This document shows positions 54,622 through 64,000 of a stretch of 64,000 nucleotides of DNA, piece by piece. Made by a program: the position numbers and the translations under genes. The first letter of the stretch is position 1, and each line of letters starts with the position of its first letter. The stretch covers positions 418,274-482,273 of the forward strand of contig JBDZVA010000002.1 of the NCBI GenBank assembly GCA_040255465.1. Direction: 5' to 3'. The stretch comes from Planctomycetaceae bacterium. Lineage in GTDB: Bacteria; Planctomycetota; Phycisphaerae; Phycisphaerales; UBA5793. The notes below the pieces were generated by a model that ran no database searches, was not told where the DNA came from, and saw only the letters and a list, made by a program, of their open reading frames with translations.

Positions 54622-55014
54622 ATGGCGTACAACGCTCTACTCGTCTTTCTGGCGTCGGGCATCGGTGGACTGCTTCGCTATGCCGTCACGGGGGTCATGC
54701 AGGCGTGGTGGGGGCCGACCTTTCCGATCGGCACAATGACGGTCAACGTCGTCGGCTGCTTCATCATGGGATTCCTTGCCACCACGCTGACCGGACCGGT
54801 GATGATGCGCGAGGAGTACCGCATTGCAATCCTCGTCGGCCTGCTCGGCGGCTTTACGACTTTTTCGAGTTTTGGGCGCGAGACGATGACGCTGGTCGGC
54901 GACGGCAAATGGACACTGGCCGCAATCAACGTGGTGCTCAGCAACGTGCTCGGGCTCGCGGCCGTGTGGGCCGGTGCGGCGCTCTCCGTGAAGACCTATG
55001 GGACAGGCGCATGA
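54622..55014 (+). CDS. crcB: Fluoride channel Fluc/CrcB
   Basis: GGLLRY, FPIGTMTVNVVGCF..G, GLLGGFTTFSSF. Confidence 0.95.
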   Translation: MAYNALLVFLASGIGGLLRYAVTGVMQAWWGPTFPIGTMTVNVVGCFIMGFLATTLTGPVMMREEYRIAILVGLLGGFTTFSSFGRETMTLVGDGKWTLAAINVVLSNVLGLAAVWAGAALSVKTYGTGA

Positions 55015-55385
55015 TGACCAACTCACTCAAGCACGGCGTGTTCGCAATCCCCGAGCCGGCCCAGCGGCTGACGATCTACATCGGTGAGAACGACCGATGG
55101 CATGGTCAGCCGCTCTATGAGGCGATCGTCCTCAAGGCGCGCGAATTGCATCTTGCCGGAGCGACCGTGTTGCGCGGCCCGATGGGCTTTGGTGCGCAGA
55201 GCTGCATTCACACCGCCAAGATCCTGCGACTGTCCGAAGACCTTCCGATCGTCATCGAGATCGTGGACTGTGCCGAGAAGATCGCTGAACTGCGGCCTCA
55301 CCTCGAGGCGATGGTCGGAGGGGGATTGGTTACGCTTGAAGATGTGCAGATTCTCATCTACAACCCTGCCAACAAGGACTTATGA
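55011..55385 (+). CDS. DUF190 (PII-like) protein
   Basis: IYIGENDRWHGQPLYEAIV, AGATVLRG.MGFG, LSEDLPIVIEIVD; typical crcB partner. Confidence 0.9.
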   Translation: MMTNSLKHGVFAIPEPAQRLTIYIGENDRWHGQPLYEAIVLKARELHLAGATVLRGPMGFGAQSCIHTAKILRLSEDLPIVIEIVDCAEKIAELRPHLEAMVGGGLVTLEDVQILIYNPANKDL

Positions 55386-55458
55386 GGGATGAGTCGTCGG
55401 CGCGAGTTGGGGCCGCGGCTGCTAGAATACCGCTCCCAATCCATGTGGAGATCCGTTC

Positions 55459-56481
55459 TTGAGCACCACGGCCCGCAAACCGGCCCCTGAAAGGGATACG
55501 CCTGCCGCCTCCGAGCGAGAGTTCGTCCTGACGGCCCTGCGCGCGGAGTGCGCCGCCATCGAGCGGACGGCCGAATCGATCGGCGGCGAGCTGGCGGCGG
55601 CCATTGACCTGCTCGACGGCTGCACGGGACATGTCGCGGTCACTGGCATGGGCAAGAGCGGGTTAATCGCTCAGAAGATCAGCGCCACACTTTCCAGCGT
55701 CGGCGTTCCGAGCCACTTCATCCATCCGGCGGAAGCCCTCCATGGCGACTTGGGACGAGTTCGTCAGGGTGATGTGGTCTGGGCATTGAGTTACTCTGGT
55801 AACACAGATGAAGTTGTCCAACTTGGGCACGTGCTGCGCTCCGAGGGGCTGCCGATTCTTGCTGTGAGTTCGAATCCCGCCAGCCGCCTCGCGAAACTGG
55901 CAACGGTGCATCTCAACCTCGGCGACATCTCCGAAGCCTGCCCCCTCAACCTCGCGCCGACCGCCTCGACAACCGCAATGCTCGCGCTCGGCGATGCCCT
56001 CGCTCTGGCGGTCAGTCGACGAAGGCAATTCTCCGAGGCTGACTTCAGGCGGCGACACCCCGGCGGAATGCTCGGGGTGTTGCTCCAGCCTGTTACGGAA
56101 GTGCTGCGATTCAAGGCGGGAGAGAATCTGCCCCTGATCCCCGTAGGTTCGACGGTGCGGACCGCGCTGCAGCAGGCTGACGTGGGCCGGCGGCCGGGCG
56201 CGCTGCTGATCGTGAACGAAGCCGGCGAGTTGGCCGGACTTTTCACGGATGGTGATCTCAGGCGACTGGTGCTCCGTGACCCCGCAGCGCTCGATCAGCC
56301 CATCGCCTCGGTCATGACCAAAAAACCCCGTGTCCTCCGGCAGGATCAGATCGTGCGCGAAGCCGTGGAGATGGTGCAGGAGTTTCGCCCAGACGAGATT
56401 CCTGTCGTCGACAGAGCCGGTCGCCCGATTGGTCTGGTAGACGTGCAGGATCTCATTGCCCTGCGAATTATCCAGGAATGA
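55459..56481 (+). CDS. kdsD: Arabinose-5-phosphate isomerase (KpsF/GutQ)
   Basis: TGMGKSGLIAQKISAT, HPAEALHGDLG, EACPLNLAPTAST, HPGG.LG, CBS pair. Confidence 0.93.
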   Translation: MSTTARKPAPERDTPAASEREFVLTALRAECAAIERTAESIGGELAAAIDLLDGCTGHVAVTGMGKSGLIAQKISATLSSVGVPSHFIHPAEALHGDLGRVRQGDVVWALSYSGNTDEVVQLGHVLRSEGLPILAVSSNPASRLAKLATVHLNLGDISEACPLNLAPTASTTAMLALGDALALAVSRRRQFSEADFRRRHPGGMLGVLLQPVTEVLRFKAGENLPLIPVGSTVRTALQQADVGRRPGALLIVNEAGELAGLFTDGDLRRLVLRDPAALDQPIASVMTKKPRVLRQDQIVREAVEMVQEFRPDEIPVVDRAGRPIGLVDVQDLIALRIIQE

Positions 56482-56488
56482 AGCGGAC

Positions 56489-57028
56489 GTGAGCCAGCCG
56501 CCCGAATTGCAAGCCATCCGCCTGCTCGTCCTCGACGTGGACGGCGTCATGACGGATGGGTCCATCATCATCGATGATCTCGGCAACGAATCCAAACGGT
56601 TTCACGTCCGCGACGGTGCGGGTATTCGGATCTGGCAGAAGATGGGTGGCGAAGTGGCCATCATCACCGGCCGGGCAAGCCAGGTCGTGGCGCATCGGGC
56701 TGCGGAATTGAAGATCGAGCGCGTCATGCAGGCTGTGGTCGATAAGGGAACCGCACTTCGAACGATTCTGGACCAGACCGGCTTCAGATCGGATCAGGCG
56801 GCGGCCATCGGAGACGACGTGGTGGATTTGCCGCTGTTGAGGGGCGTCGGCTATCCTATGGCAGTGGCGGACGCCGTAGCTGAGGTCCGCGAAGTGGCCC
56901 GATTCGTGACCAGACAACCGGGCGGACGCGGCGCGGTTCGAGAGGCGATCGAGCATCTGCTCGCCGCACAGGGACGGTGGGACGAGGCCGTATCGCGGTA
57001 TGTCCCGTCCGGACACAAGGAGGTCTGA
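56489..57028 (+). CDS. kdsC: KDO-8-phosphate phosphatase
   Basis: LDVDGVMTDG, FHVRDG, ITGR, IGDDVVD, GGRGAVRE. Confidence 0.92.
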   Translation: MSQPPELQAIRLLVLDVDGVMTDGSIIIDDLGNESKRFHVRDGAGIRIWQKMGGEVAIITGRASQVVAHRAAELKIERVMQAVVDKGTALRTILDQTGFRSDQAAAIGDDVVDLPLLRGVGYPMAVADAVAEVREVARFVTRQPGGRGAVREAIEHLLAAQGRWDEAVSRYVPSGHKEV

Positions 57029-57032
57029 ACCC

Positions 57033-60000
57033 ATGCGACCACGACACGCCGCTATGGCGGATCGGCATCTTCTGTTTGTTGGCGTGGCCGGCGTCTGCGG
57101 TGCGTTGGTGCTGCTCGTTCTCATCTTTGCCGGGGCGCGAAACCGGGTGAAACAGGCCAACGGCGCCCCGGAGATTTCGGCCGACCTGCTCAAGAACGGG
57201 ACGGCGAATCGTGATCCCGCATCACGTGTCGTCATCGGGCAGAACCGCAAGGCCAGCGGCGATCCGCTCCAGTCTCTCCAGACCGGTCGCGGCGAACTGG
57301 AGTTCACCAACGATGAAGGGCTGCTCGCTTTTCGCTATCGATGGGACAAATCCGATCCGCTCGAGACGGGGTGGAATCGCTTTACGAATCCGCAGGCTTG
57401 GATCTATCGATCCGAGACGCAGTTGATCCGCTTGAGTGCTGATGAAGGAATGTTTCGGCTGGCCGAGAATCGTCAGCCCCAGGCCGGCGTGCTTCAGGGG
57501 CACGTCGTCGTATCACTGTACGAATCCAAAGAGCGGCGAGGCGCCTATTCGATCGACCCGGACAAGACACTGCCCGTTGCACAATTTGAGACTGACTCAC
57601 TCAATTTCGACGCGGTGCGGTTGAGCGGACGCACCGACGAGCGCGTGGTGGCGCGGACGCCGGAACTCATCATGATTGGCAAAGGCATGAGTTTGCTCTT
57701 CAACGAGCGGCTGGGTCGAATCGAAGAATTGGAGATCAACGAGCGCGAGCTGATCGCCTATCGACAGCCGCTGGTCGCAGCGCCGACGGCGGAATCCAGC
57801 GAGGTGACTCCGCCGCCAACTACCGCGGCGAATTCCGCGCCTGCGACGCCCACCCCGCGCGGACAAGCTCCAGCGCCCCAGCCGACGCCAACCGGATCGG
57901 TGTGGCAGGAGGTGACCGCCTACCACCTCACGCTGACGAAGGAAGTGGTGATCACCAAGGGCGAGGGCGATGATTCGCTCATGATTGTCGGTCACGACCT
58001 GGCCGCCGACTTCGCGCTTAGGCGCAGCTCTTTCAGCGGTCGATTGACAGGCGCGCCTTCGTCAAGTCTCCCCGAAATGCGGCGAAGTCCGGTCGCGGCG
58101 GTGCGACTGCCGCACGGCTCTGACTCTTCGAACCGCTGGGCTCAACTGGCTTTCATGCCCTTTGGATTCACTGGACCAGCGGTGACGTTCCTCGGAACGG
58201 ATGCCGCGCCGGGCGCCGATGACATTCTGATCACGGGTGAAGGTGGCTTGGTGCTGGTCCCGATCGACGGCACTCCGGCCACGCTGGCGAGCCCGGACGA
58301 CCTCTTCGCCACGCTGCAGGGAGATCCGCTCCGGATCGACTATGGAGACTTCTACGCCATCGGATCTGAACTGGAGTACTCCAGATCTGAGGCCCTGGCA
58401 AAGCTGAAGTGTGAGCGGGATCAGCCCATCGAAGCGGGTCTTCCAGGCGGCGCCAGGCTGACGTCTGTTGTCCCATTCGAGTATGACTTCAGGACGGGCG
58501 AGGGCACGCTGATGGGCGCTGGCACGATCGTCGGCCTGATTCCTAAGGAAGCTCAGTCGCAGCCTCCCGGTGTGGCACCGGAGGCAAGCACCTCGGCCAT
58601 GAAGGGCCTGCCAGAGGGGTTCTCGATCAACTGGCTCAACGATTTCGTCGTGGAGTTCAAAGGCGCCAATCAGGGCGGCGGACTCGGGAAGATCGCTGCG
58701 GCTGTCTTCAACGGAACCGTCCACGTGGACGATCCAAACGGGTACGCGCTGGATTCACAGCAACTGCGCATCGATTTCAAGGACAATGCAAACTCGAAGG
58801 AACAGGGCATCGACACCATCACCGCGACGGGCGACGCCAGATTGCAATCAGCCGACGGCAATGTCAGCGGCGACGAGCTGTTTGTGCAGTTCCACGAGAA
58901 CGCCAAGGGCTCGTCGTACCCGGGTCAGATGACGGTGACGGGCCACGGCCACGTCGTGAATGAGGGCAGTTCAATTGCCGCCCAGTACATCCAGGCGAAT
59001 CTGGTTGAACAGTCCATGGCGTCGGAGGAAGCGCTGCCGGCCAAGTTTGGCGGCTCATCGTCCTTTGCGGTCAGCGACATGCTCGCGCAGGGCGCCGTCG
59101 TCCTGACATTCGAAGACGGCGTCATGGCGATGGCGGATCGCCTGCAGGCAGACGCGCGGACGGATACCGCAATCCTCACAGGCGAGAACGTGATTGTCGG
59201 CGATCCATCGCTGAAAGTGATGGGTAAGCATGCCGAGATCACGAACATCTCGAGCAAGAATCAGGATCGCGTGGCCAAGTTCATCGGTGCCGGCACCCTG
59301 ACGTACTTCCAGCCAAGACCCGCCACACCCGCCGCGGATGGGGCGACTGAAGAGTGTCCAGTGACCACACCCGAGGAAATGCGAGAAGAACTGCGCCGCC
59401 GGCTCGAAGGTCAGCCAGACAGCAAACCAGCCAATGACGGCGCCGGGTCGTCTGATGCTCCGGCCCAGGCCGCCGGCTCCGTGCGCGTTGAGTGGGCGGA
59501 TCTGCTGACATTTGAAGAGCAGCAGGGACGCATCACGTTTGAAGGTCAGGTCAGCGCCGAATCAGAACCGACCGATCGCGAAGTGGACCGGCTCACGGGC
59601 AATTGGATGCAGATCGAACTGACCGAGCCCATTCCCACCCTCACCGCAACCGGCGAAGCAGGAAAGGCAACGAGGCGACTGCGCAAGATGACCATGCTCG
59701 GCAGTCACGATGAATCCGCCCAGGTTGAGGCCCAGCGCTTTACCGATGGGCTAAAGACCACGCGAGAATTGCTGCTCGCGGTTGCCGGCGAGATCATCGA
59801 GTACACCGAAGCCACTGAACTCTTTGAAGCCATAGGCGACGGGTGGATGCTTGTGGTTGATTCAAGCACGCCCAAACCCGAAGCGGAGCCGACTGATCGC
59901 GCACCGAGTTCCGCGGCCGTGCAGTTCTCAGGACCAGGAGAAACGGAGTTCACCTGGACGGGCCGGCTCTCACTCCGCGGCGGACCGGGCTTGCTCACGA

Positions 60001-60398
60001 TCTCCGATGATGTGATCATGCGACACCGCCCGACAAACGAACCGGTCATTCGAGTGGATTGCGACACGATGACCGCTTCGCTCAAGTCATCTCGATCGGT
60101 CGGCGCGTTGGATCTTTCGCAAAGCGAGGGTATGGATCTCACCAGCGCCGTCGCAGACGGTTCCGTCTTTGTGCGGAGTGAAGACCGCAGCATCTGGGCG
60201 GATCGCCTGACGTATGACCGCAAGACGCTGCTGGCAACCATTGAAGCGCTCGGCGACGACTATGTGGTCATGGAGGGCGAGGCGACGGGTGGAGCCGTGC
60301 AGGCCCGCCGCATTCTCTGGGATTTCTACACCAACGGCATCACCGTGGAAGGCGCCCGGATCGACGGGCCGATGCCCACGAACAATCCCGGCCGCTGA
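57033..60398 (+). CDS. Large membrane-anchored beta-rich protein, probable multi-jellyroll LptC/LptA-like
   Basis: Single N-terminal TM; follows kdsD-kdsC; repeated (A/T).G.V.. and ADRL.YD/AD.L.. OstA-like strands. Confidence 0.6.
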   Translation: MRPRHAAMADRHLLFVGVAGVCGALVLLVLIFAGARNRVKQANGAPEISADLLKNGTANRDPASRVVIGQNRKASGDPLQSLQTGRGELEFTNDEGLLAFRYRWDKSDPLETGWNRFTNPQAWIYRSETQLIRLSADEGMFRLAENRQPQAGVLQGHVVVSLYESKERRGAYSIDPDKTLPVAQFETDSLNFDAVRLSGRTDERVVARTPELIMIGKGMSLLFNERLGRIEELEINERELIAYRQPLVAAPTAESSEVTPPPTTAANSAPATPTPRGQAPAPQPTPTGSVWQEVTAYHLTLTKEVVITKGEGDDSLMIVGHDLAADFALRRSSFSGRLTGAPSSSLPEMRRSPVAAVRLPHGSDSSNRWAQLAFMPFGFTGPAVTFLGTDAAPGADDILITGEGGLVLVPIDGTPATLASPDDLFATLQGDPLRIDYGDFYAIGSELEYSRSEALAKLKCERDQPIEAGLPGGARLTSVVPFEYDFRTGEGTLMGAGTIVGLIPKEAQSQPPGVAPEASTSAMKGLPEGFSINWLNDFVVEFKGANQGGGLGKIAAAVFNGTVHVDDPNGYALDSQQLRIDFKDNANSKEQGIDTITATGDARLQSADGNVSGDELFVQFHENAKGSSYPGQMTVTGHGHVVNEGSSIAAQYIQANLVEQSMASEEALPAKFGGSSSFAVSDMLAQGAVVLTFEDGVMAMADRLQADARTDTAILTGENVIVGDPSLKVMGKHAEITNISSKNQDRVAKFIGAGTLTYFQPRPATPAADGATEECPVTTPEEMREELRRRLEGQPDSKPANDGAGSSDAPAQAAGSVRVEWADLLTFEEQQGRITFEGQVSAESEPTDREVDRLTGNWMQIELTEPIPTLTATGEAGKATRRLRKMTMLGSHDESAQVEAQRFTDGLKTTRELLLAVAGEIIEYTEATELFEAIGDGWMLVVDSSTPKPEAEPTDRAPSSAAVQFSGPGETEFTWTGRLSLRGGPGLLTISDDVIMRHRPTNEPVIRVDCDTMTASLKSSRSVGALDLSQSEGMDLTSAVADGSVFVRSEDRSIWADRLTYDRKTLLATIEALGDDYVVMEGEATGGAVQARRILWDFYTNGITVEGARIDGPMPTNNPGR

Positions 60399-60953
60399 TC
60401 ACGCGTCGTCGCGCTCCACAATGTTGTACATCTCGCGCTCGCCGCGACCGCGGAGCGGATAATCCTTGCGCAGCGGGAAAGCAGGATAATCGCGCCACAG
60501 CAGGATGCGCCGCAGGTCGGGGTGGTTGCTGAAGCGGATGCCGAACATGTCGTAGACCTCTCGCTCGGGCCACTCGGCTCCCGGCCAGATGTCGGTGACC
60601 GAATCCACGATTAGCGCGTGATCGTCTTCGTTGCCCGAAGTGTCGCCACTCGGATCAAGATAGGTCTTGACGATCAGGCGGCGATTGTAAATGGTGCTCG
60701 AGAGCACATAGACAACCGCAAAGCGGCCAGACATCTCGGCAGGGTAGTTCAGGTAATCGACGGCCGTGATATCGGAGAGGAAGTCGTAACGGCTCTCTTC
60801 GTCATCACGCAGAAACTGCATCATCGTGTGCAGCAGTTGCGTCGGAACCACGACTGCCGTCTGCCCGCGAAACTCGGTGGCCTTGAGTCCCGCCCCGGCG
60901 AACTGGGCTCTGAGTCGGGGCAGCGTGGGATGATCGAGATTGGGTCTGGTCAT
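60399..60953 (-). CDS. nuoC: NADH-quinone oxidoreductase subunit C
   Basis: LSDITAVDY, RFAVVY.L, SVTDIWPGAEWPEREVYDMFGI.F..HPDLRRIL, FPLRKDYPL. Confidence 0.93.
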   Translation of the reverse strand: MTRPNLDHPTLPRLRAQFAGAGLKATEFRGQTAVVVPTQLLHTMMQFLRDDEESRYDFLSDITAVDYLNYPAEMSGRFAVVYVLSSTIYNRRLIVKTYLDPSGDTSGNEDDHALIVDSVTDIWPGAEWPEREVYDMFGIRFSNHPDLRRILLWRDYPAFPLRKDYPLRGRGEREMYNIVERDDA

Positions 60954-60995
60954 GTCGGTGGCTCGAAGCGATCGTAAGACTACCGCGCGACGGAT

Positions 60996-61736
60996 TCAAC
61001 GCGACGATCCGGAGACGATGGCCCGCGCCAGCGAGTCCAGCAGCGACGCTGGTCCGGTGACCGGGCTCAACTGTCGCACGATGACCGGTGTTTCCAGCGG
61101 GAGACAAGGCAAGCAGGCCGTGAGCACGGCCGAGAGATCGAACACGCCTTCGCCCGGTTCGCTCGGTATCAGCCGCTCGGGCTGCTCATCGAGGCGGACA
61201 TTGCCCAGAATCAGCGCCTGGGCTCGAGGCGCCAGCGCCTCGGCGATCCGCTGCAGATGATCTTCGCGAACGGAGAGCATGCTCGGCTCGAACAATGCAG
61301 TGGGATTCAGCGCCAATCCGAAGGGCCCACCCGCAAACTGGTTGAGGTAGATGCCAGTAACTTGTGCGTCGTGGAGAATGTGCCGACTACAAGGTTCGAG
61401 CAGTAACTGCACCCCCGTAGCTCGGGCAGCGGCGTCGAGGGAATCCAGATGCTGAGCGAGGGCGGCCAGTCCAGGAGCCATCCAGTTTCGCGGATCGAGC
61501 GCTTCGAGGTCGTCGCTGAGCGAGCCGGAGTTGACGATCACTCGGCCGCCTTCAAAAGCGCCAATCTCCTCGGCAGTAAGTTTCAGGAGATTCCCCGACC
61601 AACGACGCGCAAGGGGTGGTTCCGAAGCCGACGGCTCAGCGCCGAGTCGTGCGGCCGTCGCGACCAGGCCAGTATCGGCACGTGTCGCGTCTGAAGCAAG
61701 ATCAGGCTTGGACGGAGTCTCGATGAACAGGTGCAT
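60996..61736 (-). CDS. Hypothetical protein, xylose-isomerase-like TIM barrel by pattern
   Basis: GVQLLLEP, GLALNP, PGEGVFD resemble the sugar-phosphate isomerase/epimerase fold with degenerate metal ligands. Confidence 0.5.
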   Translation of the reverse strand: MHLFIETPSKPDLASDATRADTGLVATAARLGAEPSASEPPLARRWSGNLLKLTAEEIGAFEGGRVIVNSGSLSDDLEALDPRNWMAPGLAALAQHLDSLDAAARATGVQLLLEPCSRHILHDAQVTGIYLNQFAGGPFGLALNPTALFEPSMLSVREDHLQRIAEALAPRAQALILGNVRLDEQPERLIPSEPGEGVFDLSAVLTACLPCLPLETPVIVRQLSPVTGPASLLDSLARAIVSGSSR

Positions 61737-61823
61737 GAGGGCAAAGGTTAGGATGGATTCTGGCCGCGCGTCGAGGTGGTTGATGCCGGGGCCCGGCTAG
61801 ACTCATTCAACGTCCCCGACTCG

Positions 61824-63401
61824 ATGTTTCCTACTCCAGTCAACTTCACATTCATCGCTGCGATCGGAGTGCCTCGTCTCGATGTGATTTGCTTCGCCGC
61901 ATATCTTGTGATCGTCCTGATGCTGGTCGTTTACGGACTGCATCGCTACTGGCTGGTTTACCTGTACTCGCGTCATGCGCGGGGAACGGTTACACCCAAC
62001 AGGCCAACGACGAAGGACATCGCCAGACTCTGGCCGCGCGTGACGGTTCAGCTTCCGATGTACAACGAGCGTGCCGTGGCGCAACGAGTTATCGACGCGG
62101 CGTGTGGGCTGGACTATCCGCAAGATCGCTTCGAGGTCCAGATCCTCGATGATTCGACGGATGCCACGCGAGCGATTACGGATCAAGCGTGTGCTCGTTG
62201 GCGAGATCGAGGCATCGACATTCACGTCGTTTGCCGAGGAGATCGCCAGGGCTACAAAGCCGGCGCGCTGCAGAACGGCCTGGCGACCGCAACCGGAGAG
62301 TTCATCGCTGTATTTGACGCCGATTTTGTACCGCCGGCCTCGCTGCTCAAGCGGGCGATGGCGCACTTTCGCAGTGATCGGATTGGTATGGTGCAGACGC
62401 GCTGGACTCATCTCAATCGCCGACGCAGTCCACTCACGCGAAGTCAGGCTGTTTTTCTGGATGGTCACTTCGTGGTGGAGCACACCGCCAGAAACCGATC
62501 AGGTCGATGGATCAATTTCAATGGTACGGCTGGCATCTGGCGACGAACGTGTATCGAAGACGCCGGCGGCTGGCAAGACGACACGCTGACCGAAGATGTC
62601 GATCTGTCGTATCGTGCCCAGACGCGCGGTTGGCAGTTCGTTTATGACCCAACCATCGAGTGCCCGGGTGAGTTACCACCCTCCATTTGCGCGTTCATGA
62701 CTCAACAGCATCGGTGGACGAAGGGATCGATTCAGACGGCAGTGAAGCTCCTGCCTTCAATCGCACAAAGTCGCGCGCCAATTGCCAACAAGATCGAGGC
62801 CTGGTTCCATCTCACCTGTCCAGCAGTGTCAGTTCTTATCGTACTGCTGACCATTCTGTTGCTTCCCGCCATGAGTTTCCGCGGCATCGCCGGATCATCA
62901 TTGATGCTCGGCGCATTGACCTCGGGCTTGACGCTCTTTGCGCTGGCCACAGTTTCGGCGGGGGCGTTTTATGTGCTATCACAGCGCGAGCAAGGGCGCG
63001 GGTGGCTGGCCTCGCTGGCTGAGCTGCCTGGCGTCATGGCGCTGGGAATCGGAGTGAGCGCGAACAACGCCCGTGGTGTGGTCGAAGCGATCGCCGGCCT
63101 CGACAGCGAGTTTGTCCGCACACCAAAGTTTGGTGCGTTGTCAGTTGATGCAGTCGGTGCATTGCCAAGGCGCCGAGTCGGCCTCGGATCCAGTGGCGCG
63201 ATCGAACTGACACTCGGCATGTTCTCACTGGCCTGTATCGTCTTCGCGTTGCCGACCGCGACCGGATGGCTCAGCGTGCCCTTCCTGCTGCTGTTTGCGT
63301 GCGGGTACTTGAGCGTGGGCATTGGGTCGCTGGCTGAATCACTTCGAGCCGAACCGGTATCGGGCATGGATACTGACGGTGCGCACCCAACCAGCCGATA
63401 G
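61824..63401 (+). CDS. Processive GT2 glycosyltransferase (cellulose synthase/glucomannan synthase-like)
   Basis: VTVQLPMYNE, LDDSTD, GYKAGAL, FDADF, FNGTAG, TEDVDL, QQHRWTKG; C-terminal TMs. Confidence 0.9.
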   Translation: MFPTPVNFTFIAAIGVPRLDVICFAAYLVIVLMLVVYGLHRYWLVYLYSRHARGTVTPNRPTTKDIARLWPRVTVQLPMYNERAVAQRVIDAACGLDYPQDRFEVQILDDSTDATRAITDQACARWRDRGIDIHVVCRGDRQGYKAGALQNGLATATGEFIAVFDADFVPPASLLKRAMAHFRSDRIGMVQTRWTHLNRRRSPLTRSQAVFLDGHFVVEHTARNRSGRWINFNGTAGIWRRTCIEDAGGWQDDTLTEDVDLSYRAQTRGWQFVYDPTIECPGELPPSICAFMTQQHRWTKGSIQTAVKLLPSIAQSRAPIANKIEAWFHLTCPAVSVLIVLLTILLLPAMSFRGIAGSSLMLGALTSGLTLFALATVSAGAFYVLSQREQGRGWLASLAELPGVMALGIGVSANNARGVVEAIAGLDSEFVRTPKFGALSVDAVGALPRRRVGLGSSGAIELTLGMFSLACIVFALPTATGWLSVPFLLLFACGYLSVGIGSLAESLRAEPVSGMDTDGAHPTSR

Positions 63402-63436
63402 AATCTCTCGGCTCCAACGCACCGCAAGCAACGACT

Positions 63437-64000
63437 GTGACATCAACACCACCCGACAATTCGAAGCCGAACTCCGGGCGTTGCGGCGGGCAGGTCGTGC
63501 ACCTCACCGTGGCGTCGTCGCCCGGGCCCGCGCCGGCAAATACGATCCGCGCCTCGAAGATGGGGCGGCGTCGGGCGGCTGTACTCGCCATCGTTCAATT
63601 GCTCATGGTGGCGCACGTTGTGCAGTGGTGGCTTAGTGGACACACTACGACACCGATCGAACCTTCCGAGTCGATGGAGTTCGTCAAGCGCGGCGTCATT
63701 AACGCAGGCCTGATCTTCTTTGCGATCGCAATGCTCTCGACGCTCGTGCTCGGGCGCTGGTTCTGTGGCTGGGGATGCCACCTGGTGATGCTTCAGGATC
63801 TTTGTGGCTGGATGATGAAGAAGATCGGCATTCGCCCCCGGCCGTTTCGCTCCCGCCTGTTGGCGTACGTCCCGCTAATTGTCGCGCTGTACATGTTTGT
63901 TTGGCCGCTGGTCTACCGCGTTGGACTGGCGCCAATCTTTGGCACAACCAGGCAACTGCCTGTGTGGCAGGTGCAGGCTCACCTGACCACGCCCGACTTC
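63437..64000 (+). CDS. 4Fe-4S-binding membrane protein (NapH/RdxA-like), runs off the window end
   Basis: Not in the ORF track; translated by hand: ..PIEPSESME..LVLGRWFCGWGCHLVMLQDLC..RPRPFRSRLL; open to the window end. Confidence 0.8.
   Translation, partial: MTSTPPDNSKPNSGRCGGQVVHLTVASSPGPAPANTIRASKMGRRRAAVLAIVQLLMVAHVVQWWLSGHTTTPIEPSESMEFVKRGVINAGLIFFAIAMLSTLVLGRWFCGWGCHLVMLQDLCGWMMKKIGIRPRPFRSRLLAYVPLIVALYMFVWPLVYRVGLAPIFGTTRQLPVWQVQAHLTTPDF

Overview
High-GC chromosomal window, most likely from a Planctomycetota (Phycisphaerae-like) bacterium. This is inferred from three DUF1559-type prepilin/H-X9-DG genes, a PVC-type heme-binding dehydrogenase, a planctomycete-style rpoZ and a VPxPG PEP-CTERM-like tail. 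Most of the window is housekeeping: mdh, coaC, rpoZ, nuoD, nuoC, mltA, eno, pyrC, gmhB/waaF, kdsD/kdsC, msrP, ybeY, gdhA, mrp, pgi, crcB and two ECF sigma modules. I see no intact mobile element, CRISPR array, rRNA or tRNA. The outstanding signal is a family of eight secreted proteins in two clusters (4.5-9 kb and 35.5-41.9 kb). All end in the same ~105-aa Gly/Cys-rich domain (G.CPG...W.GA.....Q..V...N.G......G.C.GT.LG...G.G.G......G.C...LQ......C..S...Q[IL]P-stop), usually after a GGC-repeat poly-Gly linker, but they carry five unrelated N-terminal passenger types. One gene is signal peptide plus this domain alone. Passenger and tail similarities are incongruent, which suggests a modular, shuffled surface-display or sorting system whose tail I do not recognise as a described family. 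Secondary findings are a fluoride-riboswitch-like variant upstream of crcB, a catalytically dead IS200-TnpA-like gene inside the heptose operon, a membrane-tethered GmhB, a giant LptC/LptA-position protein and an mddA/B12-radical-SAM cluster. All calls come from reading the sequence; no database searches were run.
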